Assembly: GCF_042660085.1 (NCBI RefSeq)
Contig: NZ_JBHSTI010000008.1
Span: forward strand, 870,001 to 902,000
Direction: 5' to 3'
DNA: 32,000 bases
Origin: Longivirga aurantiaca
GTDB taxonomy: Bacteria > Actinomycetota > Actinomycetes > S36-B12 > CAIYMF01
This document shows, one piece after another, positions 1-8,466 of the stretch. Position 1 is the stretch's first letter. Every line of letters begins with the position of its first letter. The notes below the pieces were generated by a model. It searched no databases and had not been told where the DNA came from. It saw only the letters and a program-made list of their open reading frames with translations. The position numbers and the translations under genes were made by a program.

Positions 1-1
1 C

Positions 2-337
2 GACCTGCTGCGCGAGGTCGTCGCGCCGTACCCGAACGTGAAGGTCGACTCGTTCCACGGGCTGCTCGTCGACTACTGCCAGGCGCGCGACATCGCGGCG
101 ATCGTGAAGGGGCTGCGGGCGGTCAGCGACTTCGACTACGAGCTGCAGATGGCGCAGATGAACCACCGCCTCGCCGGCGTCGAGACCCTGTTCGTGAGCA
201 CCAACCCGCTCTACAGCTACCTGTCCTCGTCGCTGCTCAAGGAGATCGCGACGTACGGTGGTGACGTGTCCGGGCTCGTGCCCGAGACTGTGCTCGCCCG
301 CCTCGGCGAGCGGATCGCCGAACGAGCGCAGGGCTGA
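2..337 (+). CDS. coaD: phosphopantetheine adenylyltransferase, C-terminal part (5' end lies outside the window)
   Basis: The frame is open from the window edge to the TGA at 335-337. The translation ...NVKVDSFHGLLVDYC...IVKGLRAVSDFDYELQMAQMNHRL...STNPLYSYLSSSLLKEIATYGGDVSGLVP matches the conserved C-terminal half of CoaD. GC3 is high. Confidence 0.9.
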   Translation, partial: DLLREVVAPYPNVKVDSFHGLLVDYCQARDIAAIVKGLRAVSDFDYELQMAQMNHRLAGVETLFVSTNPLYSYLSSSLLKEIATYGGDVSGLVPETVLARLGERIAERAQG

Positions 338-370
338 CGCCCCGCGCGACCCGACAGCCGAAGGACCCCC

Positions 371-859
371 GTGGACGTCCACGACAAGCTCGACGAGCTC
401 TCCGCCCTGGTCGAGGGCGCCCGCGCGATGCCGATGTCGGCGTCGTGCGTGGTCAACCGCGCCCAGGTGCTCGACCTCCTCGACGAGGCCCGCTCGCTCC
501 TGCCCGCCTCGCTCGACCAGGCCGACGACATCCTCGCCGAGCGCGACGGCATCGTGGCCGCCGCGCGGGTGAGCGCCGCCGAGGTGCTCGCCCAGGCCGA
601 CGAGGAGGCCCGGGCACGGGTGTCCGAGCACGAGGTCTACCGCGCGGCGCTGGCCGAGGCCGACGCCGTCCGGGCCGAGGCCGACGCCGAGGCCGAGCGC
701 ATGCGCCGCGAGACCGACGACTACGTCGACGCCAAGCTCGCCAACTTCGAGGTGGCGCTGCACAAGACCCTCGCCGCGGTCCAGAAGGGCCGCGACAAGA
801 TCCGTGGCCGCCAGGAGTACGACGAGCTCGGGTACGACGACAGCCCGCTGCCCGGCTGA
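371..859 (+). CDS. SepIVA-like DivIVA-family coiled-coil protein (Rv2927c-position homolog)
   Basis: GTG start at 371 preceded by GAAGGA. The N-terminus LDELSALVEGARAMPMSASCVVNRAQVLDLLDE and C-terminus DDYVDAKLANFEVALHKTL resemble my recollection of mycobacterial SepIVA. The gene sits directly upstream of DUF177-rpmF, as in mycobacteria. Confidence 0.75.
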   Translation: MDVHDKLDELSALVEGARAMPMSASCVVNRAQVLDLLDEARSLLPASLDQADDILAERDGIVAAARVSAAEVLAQADEEARARVSEHEVYRAALAEADAVRAEADAEAERMRRETDDYVDAKLANFEVALHKTLAAVQKGRDKIRGRQEYDELGYDDSPLPG

Positions 860-883
860 GCCGTCCGTCCGGTGCTGGAGTCC

Positions 884-916
884 GGTTTGGGCGGTACGGC
901 GGCCCTCCGGTACCCT
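884..916 (+). promoter_or_regulatory. putative promoter of the DUF177-rpmF operon (GGTTT-N22-TACCCT; -35-like TTGGGC, 18-nt spacer, -10 TACCCT)
   Basis: TTGGGC at 887-892 and TACCCT at 911-916. The bipartite spacing is the same as upstream of rpsP, rplS and rpsB. Confidence 0.35.
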
Positions 917-1034
917 GGCGTGTCGGCCGTCGTGAGGCCGATCCCCACCGCAGCGCACCCGGTGACCCCGGGGGCGCGCCTGCACGGCCCGGAAAGGCGA
1001 TCTCCTGACCACGCTCGACCCCCGATCCCCTCTC

Positions 1035-1625
1035 GTGCTCGACACGCGAGAGCTGGGACGACGTGCGGGGTCGATGCGCGAGGAGTCGCTCGTCCGGTCC
1101 GCGCCGGAGGGGATCGGGATCATGTCGATCGGCGTCCCCCCGGGGAGCGAGGTCGAGCTGGATCTTCGGCTCGAGTCGGTCATCGAGGGTGTGCTCGTGT
1201 CGGGAACGGCGCGGGTGCAGCTCACGGGCGAGTGCAGCAGGTGCTTGGATCCGGTCTCCGACGAGCTGGAGGTCGACATCCAGGAGCTGTACGTCTACGA
1301 GGAGACCGATCATCGCGGTCGCCCCGTACGGACGGACTCGCTCGAGGGTGAGGACGAGGACGAGCAGCGACACCTGGTCGGGGACTACCTCGACCTGGAG
1401 CCGGTGCTCCGCGACGCGGTGGTGCTCGACCTGCCGCTCGCACCCGTGTGCAGGGACGACTGCCCGGGGCTGTGCCCGCAGTGCGGGTTCCGCCTCGAGG
1501 ACGACCCGAAGCACGGCCACGACGTGATCGACCCGCGGTGGGCCGCCCTCGGCGCACTGGCGGACGAGACGAGCTCCGCCCGCACGAACGCACCGAGCAC
1601 CGACGACCAGCAGGAAGAGGACTAA
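1035..1625 (+). CDS. DUF177 (YceD-family) protein; the true start may be CTG at 1005
   Basis: Cys pairs CSRCLDPV ... CPGLCPQCG and the acidic tail are typical of YceD/DUF177. The gene lies immediately upstream of rpmF, as in most bacteria. Confidence 0.85.
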   Translation: MLDTRELGRRAGSMREESLVRSAPEGIGIMSIGVPPGSEVELDLRLESVIEGVLVSGTARVQLTGECSRCLDPVSDELEVDIQELYVYEETDHRGRPVRTDSLEGEDEDEQRHLVGDYLDLEPVLRDAVVLDLPLAPVCRDDCPGLCPQCGFRLEDDPKHGHDVIDPRWAALGALADETSSARTNAPSTDDQQEED

Positions 1626-1629
1626 GGCC

Positions 1630-1806
1630 ATGGCCGTCCCGAAGCGCAAGACCTCGCGCAGCAACACCCGCCACCGCCGTTCGCAGTGGAAGGCCAAGCT
1701 GCCCCAGATCAACAAGGTCGTCCGCAACGGCCGCGTCGAGTTCGTGGTGCCCCACCGCGTCGACGCGGACGGCGAGTACAACGGCCGCCAGGTCCTCGAC
1801 GTCTGA
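1630..1806 (+). CDS. rpmF: 50S ribosomal protein L32
   Basis: This 58-aa ORF is not in the supplied track. Its translation is [58 protein letters not shown], and the MAVPKRK.SRSNTR.RRSQWKA N-terminus is diagnostic of L32. Confidence 0.92.
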   Translation: MAVPKRKTSRSNTRHRRSQWKAKLPQINKVVRNGRVEFVVPHRVDADGEYNGRQVLDV

Positions 1807-1847
1807 GCTCGACGTCCGAGCGCGACCTGGACCACCAGCACGCATCC

Positions 1848-1904
1848 CGCGGCACCCGACCGCGGCCCGTCCCACGCCGGACGTGCCGCCGGTCGGGTGC
1901 CGCG
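1848..1904 (+). terminator. long imperfect stem-loop (about 24 bp) downstream of rpmF; terminator and/or dsRNA processing site
   Basis: 1848-1861 pairs perfectly with 1891-1904 (14 bp). The stem continues as 1862-1866/1885-1889 (C1890 bulged) and 1868-1872/1879-1883, with the loop CACGCC. There is no U-tract. Confidence 0.5.
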
Positions 1905-1929
1905 TCGCGTCCGGGGTTAGCCTTCGGCC

Positions 1930-2196
1930 ATGACCACCGAGAACCTGAGCCTCGCGGCCCGGGCCCTCGCGGTCGTGCTCGACCTCGAGGCCGTCGATCT
2001 GCGGGCTGACAGCCCGCTCGACGACCTGGGGGCCGACTCGATCGCACGGGTCCAGTGGGCCGACGTCGTCGAACAGCTGGCTGCCGGCGACGGCCGCCCC
2101 GTGACCGTGGACGACTCGGCCCTGCGCGACGCCGTCGTGCTCGGCGACCTCGCCGACCACCTCGTGCCCGTCGGCGCCGCAGGAGGCTCGGCGTGA
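1930..2196 (+). CDS. acyl-carrier-protein-like (PP-binding-like) small acidic protein
   Basis: 88 aa with high GC3. The motif [22 protein letters not shown] places Ser37 at the position of the ACP phosphopantetheine-attachment serine. The stop overlaps the rnc GTG (GTGA). Confidence 0.7.
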   Translation: MTTENLSLAARALAVVLDLEAVDLRADSPLDDLGADSIARVQWADVVEQLAAGDGRPVTVDDSALRDAVVLGDLADHLVPVGAAGGSA

Positions 2197-2939
2197 GCCC
2201 CCGCTCGCACCCGCCGATGTCCGAGCTCGCCGCCCGCCTCTCGGTAGAGATCGGCGACGACATCCTGCGGCGCGCGCTCACCCACCGGTCGTTCGCGTAC
2301 GAGAACGGCGGGCTGCCCACGAACGAGCGCCTCGAGTTCCTCGGCGACTCCGTCCTCGGCCTCGTGGTGACCGACACGCTGTTCCGCGCCCACCCCGACC
2401 TGCCCGAGGGGCAGCTCGCCAAGCTGCGCGCCGCCGTCGTCAACGCCAAGGCCCTGGCCGGCATCGGCCGCTCGCTCGGCCTCGGCGAGCACCTGCTGCT
2501 CGGCAAGGGCGAGGAGGCCACCGGTGGCCGCGACAAGTCCTCGATCGTGGCCGACACGGTCGAGGCGGTGATCGGCGCGGTCTACCTCGACCGCGGCCTC
2601 GAGGTGGCCACCGAGCTCGTGCACCGGCTGTTCGACCCGCTCATCGCCGAGTCGGCGGGCCTCGGTGCGGGCCTCGACTGGAAGACGAGCCTGCAGGAGC
2701 TCTGCGCGTCGCTCTCGGCCGGCGTCCCCGAGTACGTCGTCGAGGAGAGCGGGCCCGACCACCAGAAGAGCTTCCGCGCCCGCGTCCGGGTCGGCGAGGA
2801 CCTCTACGGCGACGGCAGGGGACGCAGCAAGAAGGAGGCGGAGCAGGAGGCCGCGGCCACCGCGTACGCCGAGCTCTCGGACAAGCGCGACACGCTGATC
2901 GCCACCGAGGCGGGTGCCCCCTCCGGCTCGGAGGCGTAG
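2193..2939 (+). CDS. rnc: ribonuclease III
   Basis: The signature [17 protein letters not shown] is present, followed by a C-terminal dsRBD ([14 protein letters not shown]...[14 protein letters not shown]). AGGAGG at 2181-2186 lies 6 nt upstream of GTG 2193. ATG 2217 is an alternative start. Confidence 0.93.
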   Translation: MSPRSHPPMSELAARLSVEIGDDILRRALTHRSFAYENGGLPTNERLEFLGDSVLGLVVTDTLFRAHPDLPEGQLAKLRAAVVNAKALAGIGRSLGLGEHLLLGKGEEATGGRDKSSIVADTVEAVIGAVYLDRGLEVATELVHRLFDPLIAESAGLGAGLDWKTSLQELCASLSAGVPEYVVEESGPDHQKSFRARVRVGEDLYGDGRGRSKKEAEQEAAATAYAELSDKRDTLIATEAGAPSGSEA

Positions 2940-3811
2940 TGCCCGAGCTCCCCGAGGTCGAGGTGGTGCGCCGAGGCCTCGACCGCTGGGTCGCCGGTCG
3001 CACCGTGGCCTCGGCGGCCGTCCTGCACGAGCGGGCCGCCCGCCGGCACGCCGCCGGCGGCGACGACCTCGCCGCGCGCCTGCTCGGCCGCACGATCGAG
3101 ACGGCGAGCCGTCGGGGCAAGTACCTCTGGCTGCCGCTCGACGGACGCGACGCCGCGCTCGTCGCGCACCTCGGCATGAGCGGCCAGCTGCTCGTGCAGC
3201 CGCCGGGCAGCCCCGACGAGAAGCACCTCCGGGCCCGGCTGACCTTCACCGACGGCGGTCGCGAGCTGCGGTTCGTCGACCAGCGCACCTTCGGCGGAGT
3301 GGCCCTCGACGACCTCGTGCCCGACTCCGCCGACGGCCGCGTGCCGGCGTCGGTCGCCCACATCGCCCGCGACCCGCTCGACCCGCTCTTCGACGACGCC
3401 CTCTGGGTGCGGCGGCTGCGCTCGCGCCGGACGGGCCTGAAGCGCGCGCTGCTCGACCAGACGCTGGTGAGCGGCATCGGCAACATCTACGCCGACGAGG
3501 CGCTGTGGCGCGCGCGCCTGCACTGGGCCACGCCGTCCGATGCCGTCGCCCCGGCCCGCGCCCGCGAGCTGCTCGGGCACGTGCGCGACGTGATGGGTGA
3601 CGCCCTCGTCCAGGGCGGCACGTCCTTCGACGCGCTCTACGTCAACGTCAACGGCGAGAGCGGCTACTTCGACCGCTCGCTCGCGGCGTACGGCCAGGCC
3701 GACCGGCCGTGCCCGCGCTGCGGCCGACCGATCGTGCGCGAGGCGTTCATGAACCGCTCGTCGTTCCGCTGCCCGCGGTGCCAGCGGACGCCGCGGAGCC
3801 CGCGGTGGTGA
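2939..3811 (+). CDS. mutM: formamidopyrimidine-DNA glycosylase
   Basis: The N-terminus is MPELPEVE and the C-terminus has the zinc finger [25 protein letters not shown]. The GTG start overlaps the rnc stop (TAGTG). Confidence 0.93.
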   Translation: MPELPEVEVVRRGLDRWVAGRTVASAAVLHERAARRHAAGGDDLAARLLGRTIETASRRGKYLWLPLDGRDAALVAHLGMSGQLLVQPPGSPDEKHLRARLTFTDGGRELRFVDQRTFGGVALDDLVPDSADGRVPASVAHIARDPLDPLFDDALWVRRLRSRRTGLKRALLDQTLVSGIGNIYADEALWRARLHWATPSDAVAPARARELLGHVRDVMGDALVQGGTSFDALYVNVNGESGYFDRSLAAYGQADRPCPRCGRPIVREAFMNRSSFRCPRCQRTPRSPRW

Positions 3812-4077
3812 CGGTCCGCCTGACGGCGTGGGTGCGCGGCCGCGTGCAGGGCGTCGGCTTCCGCTGGTGGACCCGCGCCCGCGCCCTCGAGCTCGGGCTC
3901 GCCGGGTGGGCCCGCAACCTGGACGACGGCCGCGTCGAGGTGGTGGCCGAGGGGCCGCGGGAGGCCTGCGAGGCCCTGCTGGGGCTGCTCCGCGCGGGTG
4001 GCGCGCCGGGCCACGTGCAGACGGTCGTCGAGCAGTGGTCCGACGCCCGCGGGGCCGAGGGCTTCCTCGAGCGGTGA
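3805..4077 (+). CDS. acyP: acylphosphatase
   Basis: About 90 aa with the signature [14 protein letters not shown]...[20 protein letters not shown]. The GTG at 3805/3808 overlaps the mutM stop. The 3709 start in the ORF track is an in-frame upstream artefact inside mutM. Confidence 0.85.
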   Translation: MVTVRLTAWVRGRVQGVGFRWWTRARALELGLAGWARNLDDGRVEVVAEGPREACEALLGLLRAGGAPGHVQTVVEQWSDARGAEGFLER

Positions 4078-4162
4078 CGCGGGCCGCGGCGAGGGTGCCC
4101 TGACCTGCGACGTCGCCTCCGCCTGGTGTGCTGCGCGTCTCAGCGCCGCGCCCCGAGCCGGG

Positions 4163-4192
4163 TTGACGCCTCCGCGGCCCCGCTGTCACCCT
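4163..4192 (+). promoter_or_regulatory. putative promoter (-35 TTGACG, 18-nt spacer, -10 CACCCT) upstream of the small ORF and smc
   Basis: TTGACG at 4163-4168 is the best -35 match I found in the window. CACCCT lies at 4187-4192, inside a 237-nt intergenic gap. Confidence 0.3.
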
Positions 4193-4314
4193 GGTCGCAC
4201 CGGCCCACGCGTCTCGCGAGAAGCCGCCACGACCTCTCCGCCATCTCGAGGCGATCCGCGTGCCTGCAGGGCACCGATCCGCACGCACGCCGCACGTGTC
4301 AAGGGAGACACCGC

Positions 4315-4515
4315 ATGTCCAAGGCGATCTACGGCCACCTGGGTTCGTCCGATGCTCTCCTCGTCGCCGAGGTGACCCGCCTGCGCCGCCGCGTCCGCGA
4401 GCTCGAGGAGCAGCTGGCGACGTACGAGTCGATGGTGCCCTCCGACCTGGCCGACCTCGAGCGTGTCGACGTCACGGTGCGCGAGCTGCCGGCCGACGCG
4501 CCGGTGCCCGCCTGA
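4315..4515 (+). CDS. small (66 aa) coiled-coil protein, hypothetical
   Basis: ATG 4315 is preceded by AAGGGAGA at 4301-4308. GC3 is high, and EVTRLRRRVRELEEQLATYE has a heptad-like pattern. A hairpin follows the gene. Confidence 0.6.
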   Translation: MSKAIYGHLGSSDALLVAEVTRLRRRVRELEEQLATYESMVPSDLADLERVDVTVRELPADAPVPA

Positions 4516-4528
4516 CCGACCACCGACC

Positions 4529-4557
4529 GCCGCGGCACCCCGAGGGGTGACCGCGGC
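4529..4557 (+). terminator. GC-rich hairpin after the small ORF (12 bp, 1 bulge, loop CGAG)
   Basis: GCCGCGGCACCC pairs with GGGTG(A)CCGCGGC. The hairpin starts 14 nt after the stop at 4515. Confidence 0.35.
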
Positions 4558-4712
4558 GTCGTCGTGTCCGGGGGTCCCGAGGCGGGGCGTCGACAGGCCG
4601 GGGCGTGCCTCCGCGAAGCGGCCAGGGGCCGAGATAGGGTGTCGGCACTTCCCCCGCCTGGTCGCCGTGCCCGGTGAAACCCGTTCACCACGAAGCGCCT
4701 GGAGCATCCCGC

Positions 4713-7700
4713 GTGCACCTGAAGAGCCTCACCCTGAGGGGCTTCAAGTCCTTCGCGTCCTCGACGACGCTGCACTTCGAGCCGGGCATCACCTGCGTGG
4801 TCGGGCCGAACGGCTCGGGCAAGTCCAACGTCGTCGACGCCATCGCCTGGGTCATGGGCGAGCAGGGTGCCAAGAGCCTGCGCGGCGGCAAGATGGAGGA
4901 CGTCATCTTCGCCGGCACGTCCGGCCGCCCGCCGCTCGGCCGGGCCGAGGTGCTCCTCACGATCGACAACCACGACGGCGTGCTCCCCATCGACTACGCC
5001 GAGGTCACCATCTCGCGCACGATGTTCCGCAACGGTGGCTCCGAGTACGCCATCAACGGCACCCCGTGCCGTCTGCTCGACGTGCAGGAGCTGCTCTCGG
5101 ACTCCGGCATCGGCCGCGAGATGCACGTCATCGTCGGCCAGGGCAAGCTCGACGAGATCCTGTCGGCGTCGCCGGAGGACCGCCGCGGCTTCGTCGAGGA
5201 GGCCGCCGGCGTCCTCAAGCACCGCAAGCGCAAGGAGAAGGCGCTCCGCAAGCTCGACGCGATGCAGGCCAACCTCACGCGCCTGCAGGACCTCACCACC
5301 GAGCTGCGCCGTCAGCTCAAGCCCCTCGGCAAGCAGGCCGAGGTGGCGCGCCGGGCCGCCGTCATCCAGGCCGACCTCCGCGACTCGCGCCTGCGCCTCA
5401 TCGCCGACGACCTTCTCAACCTCCGCGACGCCGTCCAGCAGGAGGTGGCCGACGAGACCGCCCTGCGCGAGCGCCGCGGCGAGGTCGAGTCCGAGCTCGC
5501 CGGCGCCCAGGCGCGCGAGGCCGTGCTCGACGCCGAGATGGCCGGCGAGGCCCCGGCCCTCGCTCGCGCGCAGGACACCTGGTTCCGGCTGTCGTCCCTG
5601 CGCGAGCGGGTCTCCAGCACGGCGGCCCTCGCCTCCGAGCGGGTGCGGCTGCTCGCTCCCGAGCCCGAGGAGGAGCGCCGCGGCCGCGACCCCGAGGAGC
5701 TCGACGCCGACGCCAAGGCCGCGCGCGAGGAGGAGGCGGCGCTCGGCCGCGACGTCGCCGCCGCCCGCGAGGTCCTTGCGGGTGCGGTCACGGCGCGCGC
5801 CACCGCCGAGGGCGCCCACGCCGCGGAGGAGCAGCGGCTCACCGCTCTGCAGCGTGCCGCCGCCGACCGTCGTGAGGGCCTCGTGCGGCTCACGGGTCAG
5901 GTGCACGCCGCGACGTCCCGCCTCGAGGCTCGCGCGGCCGAGCTCGAGCGGCTCGCCGCTCAGGCCGCCGACGCGCGCGCCCGCGCCGACAAGGCCAACG
6001 CCGACTTCCACGCGCTCGAGACGCAGGTGGCCGGGCTCGACGAGGGCGAGGTCGGGCTCGACGAGGAGCACGAGATCGCCTCGTCGGAGCTCGCCGCCGC
6101 GGACGGCCGGGTGCAGGCCCTGCGGATGCAGGAGCAGGAGGCCGAGCGCGAGCGGCACGCCCTGACCGCACGCGTCGAGGCGCTCGAGCTGGGCCTCGCC
6201 CGCAAGGACGGCGGCGCGGCGGTGCTCGCTGCCGGCGACCGCCTCTCCGGCGTGCTCGGCACCGTCGCCGCGCTGCTGCGCGTCCGCCCGGGCTACGAGG
6301 CCGCCGTCTCCGCCGCGCTCGGCCCGCTGGCCGACGCCGTCGCGGTCGGCTCGGTCTCCCAGGCGGTCGACGCCCTCACGCTGCTGAAGTCCGACGACGC
6401 CGGTCGCGCCTCTCTCCTGGTCGCCGGCGCGGCCGCGCCCGACCGTTCGTCCTGGCCGGCGCTGCCGGCGGGTGCGGTGTGGGCCGTCGACGTCGTCGAG
6501 GCGCCGGACGCGCTGCGTGGCTCGGTCGGCGTCGCGCTCGCCCGCGTCGCTCTCGTCGAGGACCTCGCGACGGCCGGGTCGCTCGTCCGCCAGCACGACG
6601 TCGTCGCGGTCACCCGCGCCGGCGATGTCGTCGCGGCCGGCGTGGTGCACGGCGGGTCGGCGTCCGCGCCCTCCCTGCTCGAGGTCCAGGCCGCCGTCGA
6701 CGAGGCGCGCACCAAGCTCGACGACGCCACCCACCGTTACGAGCGCGCCAAGTTCGAGCTCGTCGGCGCGCTCGAGGCGGTCGCAGCAGCGCAGCACCGC
6801 GTGGACTCCGCCCTCTCGCGCCTGCACGAGTCCGACGCCCGCATGGCCGCCGTCGCCGAGCAGCTCGGGCAGCTCGGGTCGGCCTCGCGCGCGGCGTCGG
6901 GCGAGGCGGACCGCATCGCCGCCGGCATCGCCTCGGCGACCGCAGCACGCGACGCCGACCAGGCGACGCTCGAGGAGCTCACCGCCCGCCTCGAGGCCGC
7001 AGAGGCGACCCCGGACGAGGGCGAGCCGTCGCACGAGGAGCGCGACCGGCTGGCCGAGGCCGCCGTGCTCGCCCGCCAGGGCGAGGTCGAGGCGCGGCTG
7101 GCCGTCCGCACGGGCGAGGAGCGCGTGCGTGCGCTCGCCGGTCGCGCCGAGCAGCTCGAGCATGCGGCCAACGCCGAGCGCGCCGCCCGGGCGCGGTCGG
7201 CCGAGCGCCGCGCGTCGCGCGCCCGCGCCGTCGCCGTCGCCGCCGCCGTGCGCGCCGGTGCTGCCGCGACGCTCGTGCGCATCGACATCTCGCTCGCCGT
7301 CGCCGCCAGCGAGCGCGACGCCGCCGAGCAGGCCCGCACCGTCCGCGAGGGCGAGCTCCTCGCGCTGCGCACCCGCACCCGCGAGCTCCAGACCGAGCTC
7401 GAGGCGCTCACGTCATCCGTGCACCGCGACGAGATGGCCCGCGCCGAGCAGCGCATGCGGATCGAGCAGCTCGAGGCGCGCGCGATGGAGGAGTTCGGCG
7501 TCGACGCCGAGACCCTCGAGACCGAGTACGCGCCCGACGTCCTCGTGCCGCCGTCGATGATCGCCCCCGGCGACGAGGTCGACCCCGAGGCGCCCGAGCC
7601 CGAGGCCTACCCGTACGTGCGCGAGGAGCAGGAGAAGCGCATGCGCTCCGCCGAGCGCTCGCTCAACCTGCTCGGCAAGGTCAACCCGCTGGCGCTCGAG

Positions 7701-8330
7701 GAGTTCTCGGCGCTCGAGGAGCGGCACCGCTTCCTCAACGAGCAGCTCGACGACCTCAAGCGCTCGCGGGCCGAGCTGCTCGGGATCGTCACCGAGGTCG
7801 ACGCCCGCGTGCAGCAGGTGTTCGCCGAGGCGTACGCCGACGTCGAGCGCGAGTTCGAGCGGATCTTCGCCCGGCTGTTCCCGGGCGGAGAGGGCCGGCT
7901 CTTCCTCACCGACCCGGGCGACCTGCTCACCACGGGCATCGAGGTCGAGGCGCGTCCGCCGGGCAAGAAGGTCAAGCGGCTGTCGCTGCTGTCCGGCGGC
8001 GAGCGGTCGCTCACCGCGGTGGCGTTCCTCGTCGCGCTGTTCAAGGCGCGTCCGAGCCCGTTCTACATCATGGACGAGGTCGAGGCCGCGCTCGACGACG
8101 TCAACCTCCAGCGACTGCTCGGCATCATGGAGGAGCTGCGCGAGGACTCCCAGCTGCTGGTCATCACGCACCAGAAGCGCACGATGGAGATCGCGGACGC
8201 GCTGTACGGCGTGTCGATGCGCGGCGACGGCGTCACCACGGTCATCGGCCAGCGGATGGCCTCGCACCGGTCGGGCGACGACGACGGGTCTGACCCGGTC
8301 GACGTCAGCGACTCCGCGGTCCCCGCCTAG
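4713..8330 (+). CDS. smc: chromosome segregation protein SMC
   Basis: 1205 aa. The N-terminal Walker A is LKSLTLRGFKSFA...GPNGSGKSNVVDA. Long Ala/Glu/Arg coiled coils flank a hinge, and the C-terminus has LSGGERSLTAVAFLVALFKARPSPFYIMDEVEAALD. The GTG at 4713 gives the canonical N-terminus. Confidence 0.95.
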   Translation: MHLKSLTLRGFKSFASSTTLHFEPGITCVVGPNGSGKSNVVDAIAWVMGEQGAKSLRGGKMEDVIFAGTSGRPPLGRAEVLLTIDNHDGVLPIDYAEVTISRTMFRNGGSEYAINGTPCRLLDVQELLSDSGIGREMHVIVGQGKLDEILSASPEDRRGFVEEAAGVLKHRKRKEKALRKLDAMQANLTRLQDLTTELRRQLKPLGKQAEVARRAAVIQADLRDSRLRLIADDLLNLRDAVQQEVADETALRERRGEVESELAGAQAREAVLDAEMAGEAPALARAQDTWFRLSSLRERVSSTAALASERVRLLAPEPEEERRGRDPEELDADAKAAREEEAALGRDVAAAREVLAGAVTARATAEGAHAAEEQRLTALQRAAADRREGLVRLTGQVHAATSRLEARAAELERLAAQAADARARADKANADFHALETQVAGLDEGEVGLDEEHEIASSELAAADGRVQALRMQEQEAERERHALTARVEALELGLARKDGGAAVLAAGDRLSGVLGTVAALLRVRPGYEAAVSAALGPLADAVAVGSVSQAVDALTLLKSDDAGRASLLVAGAAAPDRSSWPALPAGAVWAVDVVEAPDALRGSVGVALARVALVEDLATAGSLVRQHDVVAVTRAGDVVAAGVVHGGSASAPSLLEVQAAVDEARTKLDDATHRYERAKFELVGALEAVAAAQHRVDSALSRLHESDARMAAVAEQLGQLGSASRAASGEADRIAAGIASATAARDADQATLEELTARLEAAEATPDEGEPSHEERDRLAEAAVLARQGEVEARLAVRTGEERVRALAGRAEQLEHAANAERAARARSAERRASRARAVAVAAAVRAGAAATLVRIDISLAVAASERDAAEQARTVREGELLALRTRTRELQTELEALTSSVHRDEMARAEQRMRIEQLEARAMEEFGVDAETLETEYAPDVLVPPSMIAPGDEVDPEAPEPEAYPYVREEQEKRMRSAERSLNLLGKVNPLALEEFSALEERHRFLNEQLDDLKRSRAELLGIVTEVDARVQQVFAEAYADVEREFERIFARLFPGGEGRLFLTDPGDLLTTGIEVEARPPGKKVKRLSLLSGGERSLTAVAFLVALFKARPSPFYIMDEVEAALDDVNLQRLLGIMEELREDSQLLVITHQKRTMEIADALYGVSMRGDGVTTVIGQRMASHRSGDDDGSDPVDVSDSAVPA

Positions 8331-8349
8331 CCCTCCGCCGCCAGAGGCC

Positions 8350-8466
8350 TACCCGTAGCTGGGTGGCGATTCCGTCGCAGGCCGCACGCTGGTTACCCGG
8401 GTAGAGCGGCGTACCTGTAGCTGGGTGGCGATTCCGTCGCAGGCCGCACGCTGGTTACCCGGGTAG
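8350..8466. repeat. tandem direct repeat, two copies of a 55-nt core at 62-bp period, each an imperfect palindrome
   Basis: 8350-8404 and 8412-8466 are identical except C8354 versus T8416. Each copy has terminal arms (C)TACCCG ... CGGGTAG. Confidence 0.9.

Noticed and set aside
2055-2192. Upstream in-frame extensions given in the ORF track for rnc (2055), acyP (3709), smc (4674), rnhB (21262), DUF2469 (23212), yraN (23690), comM (23620), dprA (25164) and xerC (26395).
   Set aside because: The extensions overlap the preceding well-supported genes and translate to R/P/G-rich sequence. They also precede the conserved family N-termini. Downstream GTG or ATG codons with an SD or stop-start overlap fit better.
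4329-7163. Very long antisense or out-of-frame ORFs. Examples are 453-1841(-), 4329-7163(-), 11761-15570(-), 15937-18696(-), 19457-21403(-), 21388-23904(-), 23923-26031(-) and 27722-29659(-), plus many + strand alternates such as 6479-8293.
   Set aside because: Their translations are R/P/G/A-rich low-complexity sequence with no recognisable motifs. They lie opposite or out of frame with genes that carry unmistakable family signatures. Long spurious ORFs are expected at this GC content because stop codons are AT-rich.
8350-8466. The 62-bp repeats as a CRISPR array or a tRNA-like/att site.
   Set aside because: There are only two copies, separated by 7 nt, with no spacers and no cas genes. There is no tRNA cloverleaf, and GATTCC is not embedded in a GGTTCGAnTCC T-arm. 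No integrase lies adjacent.
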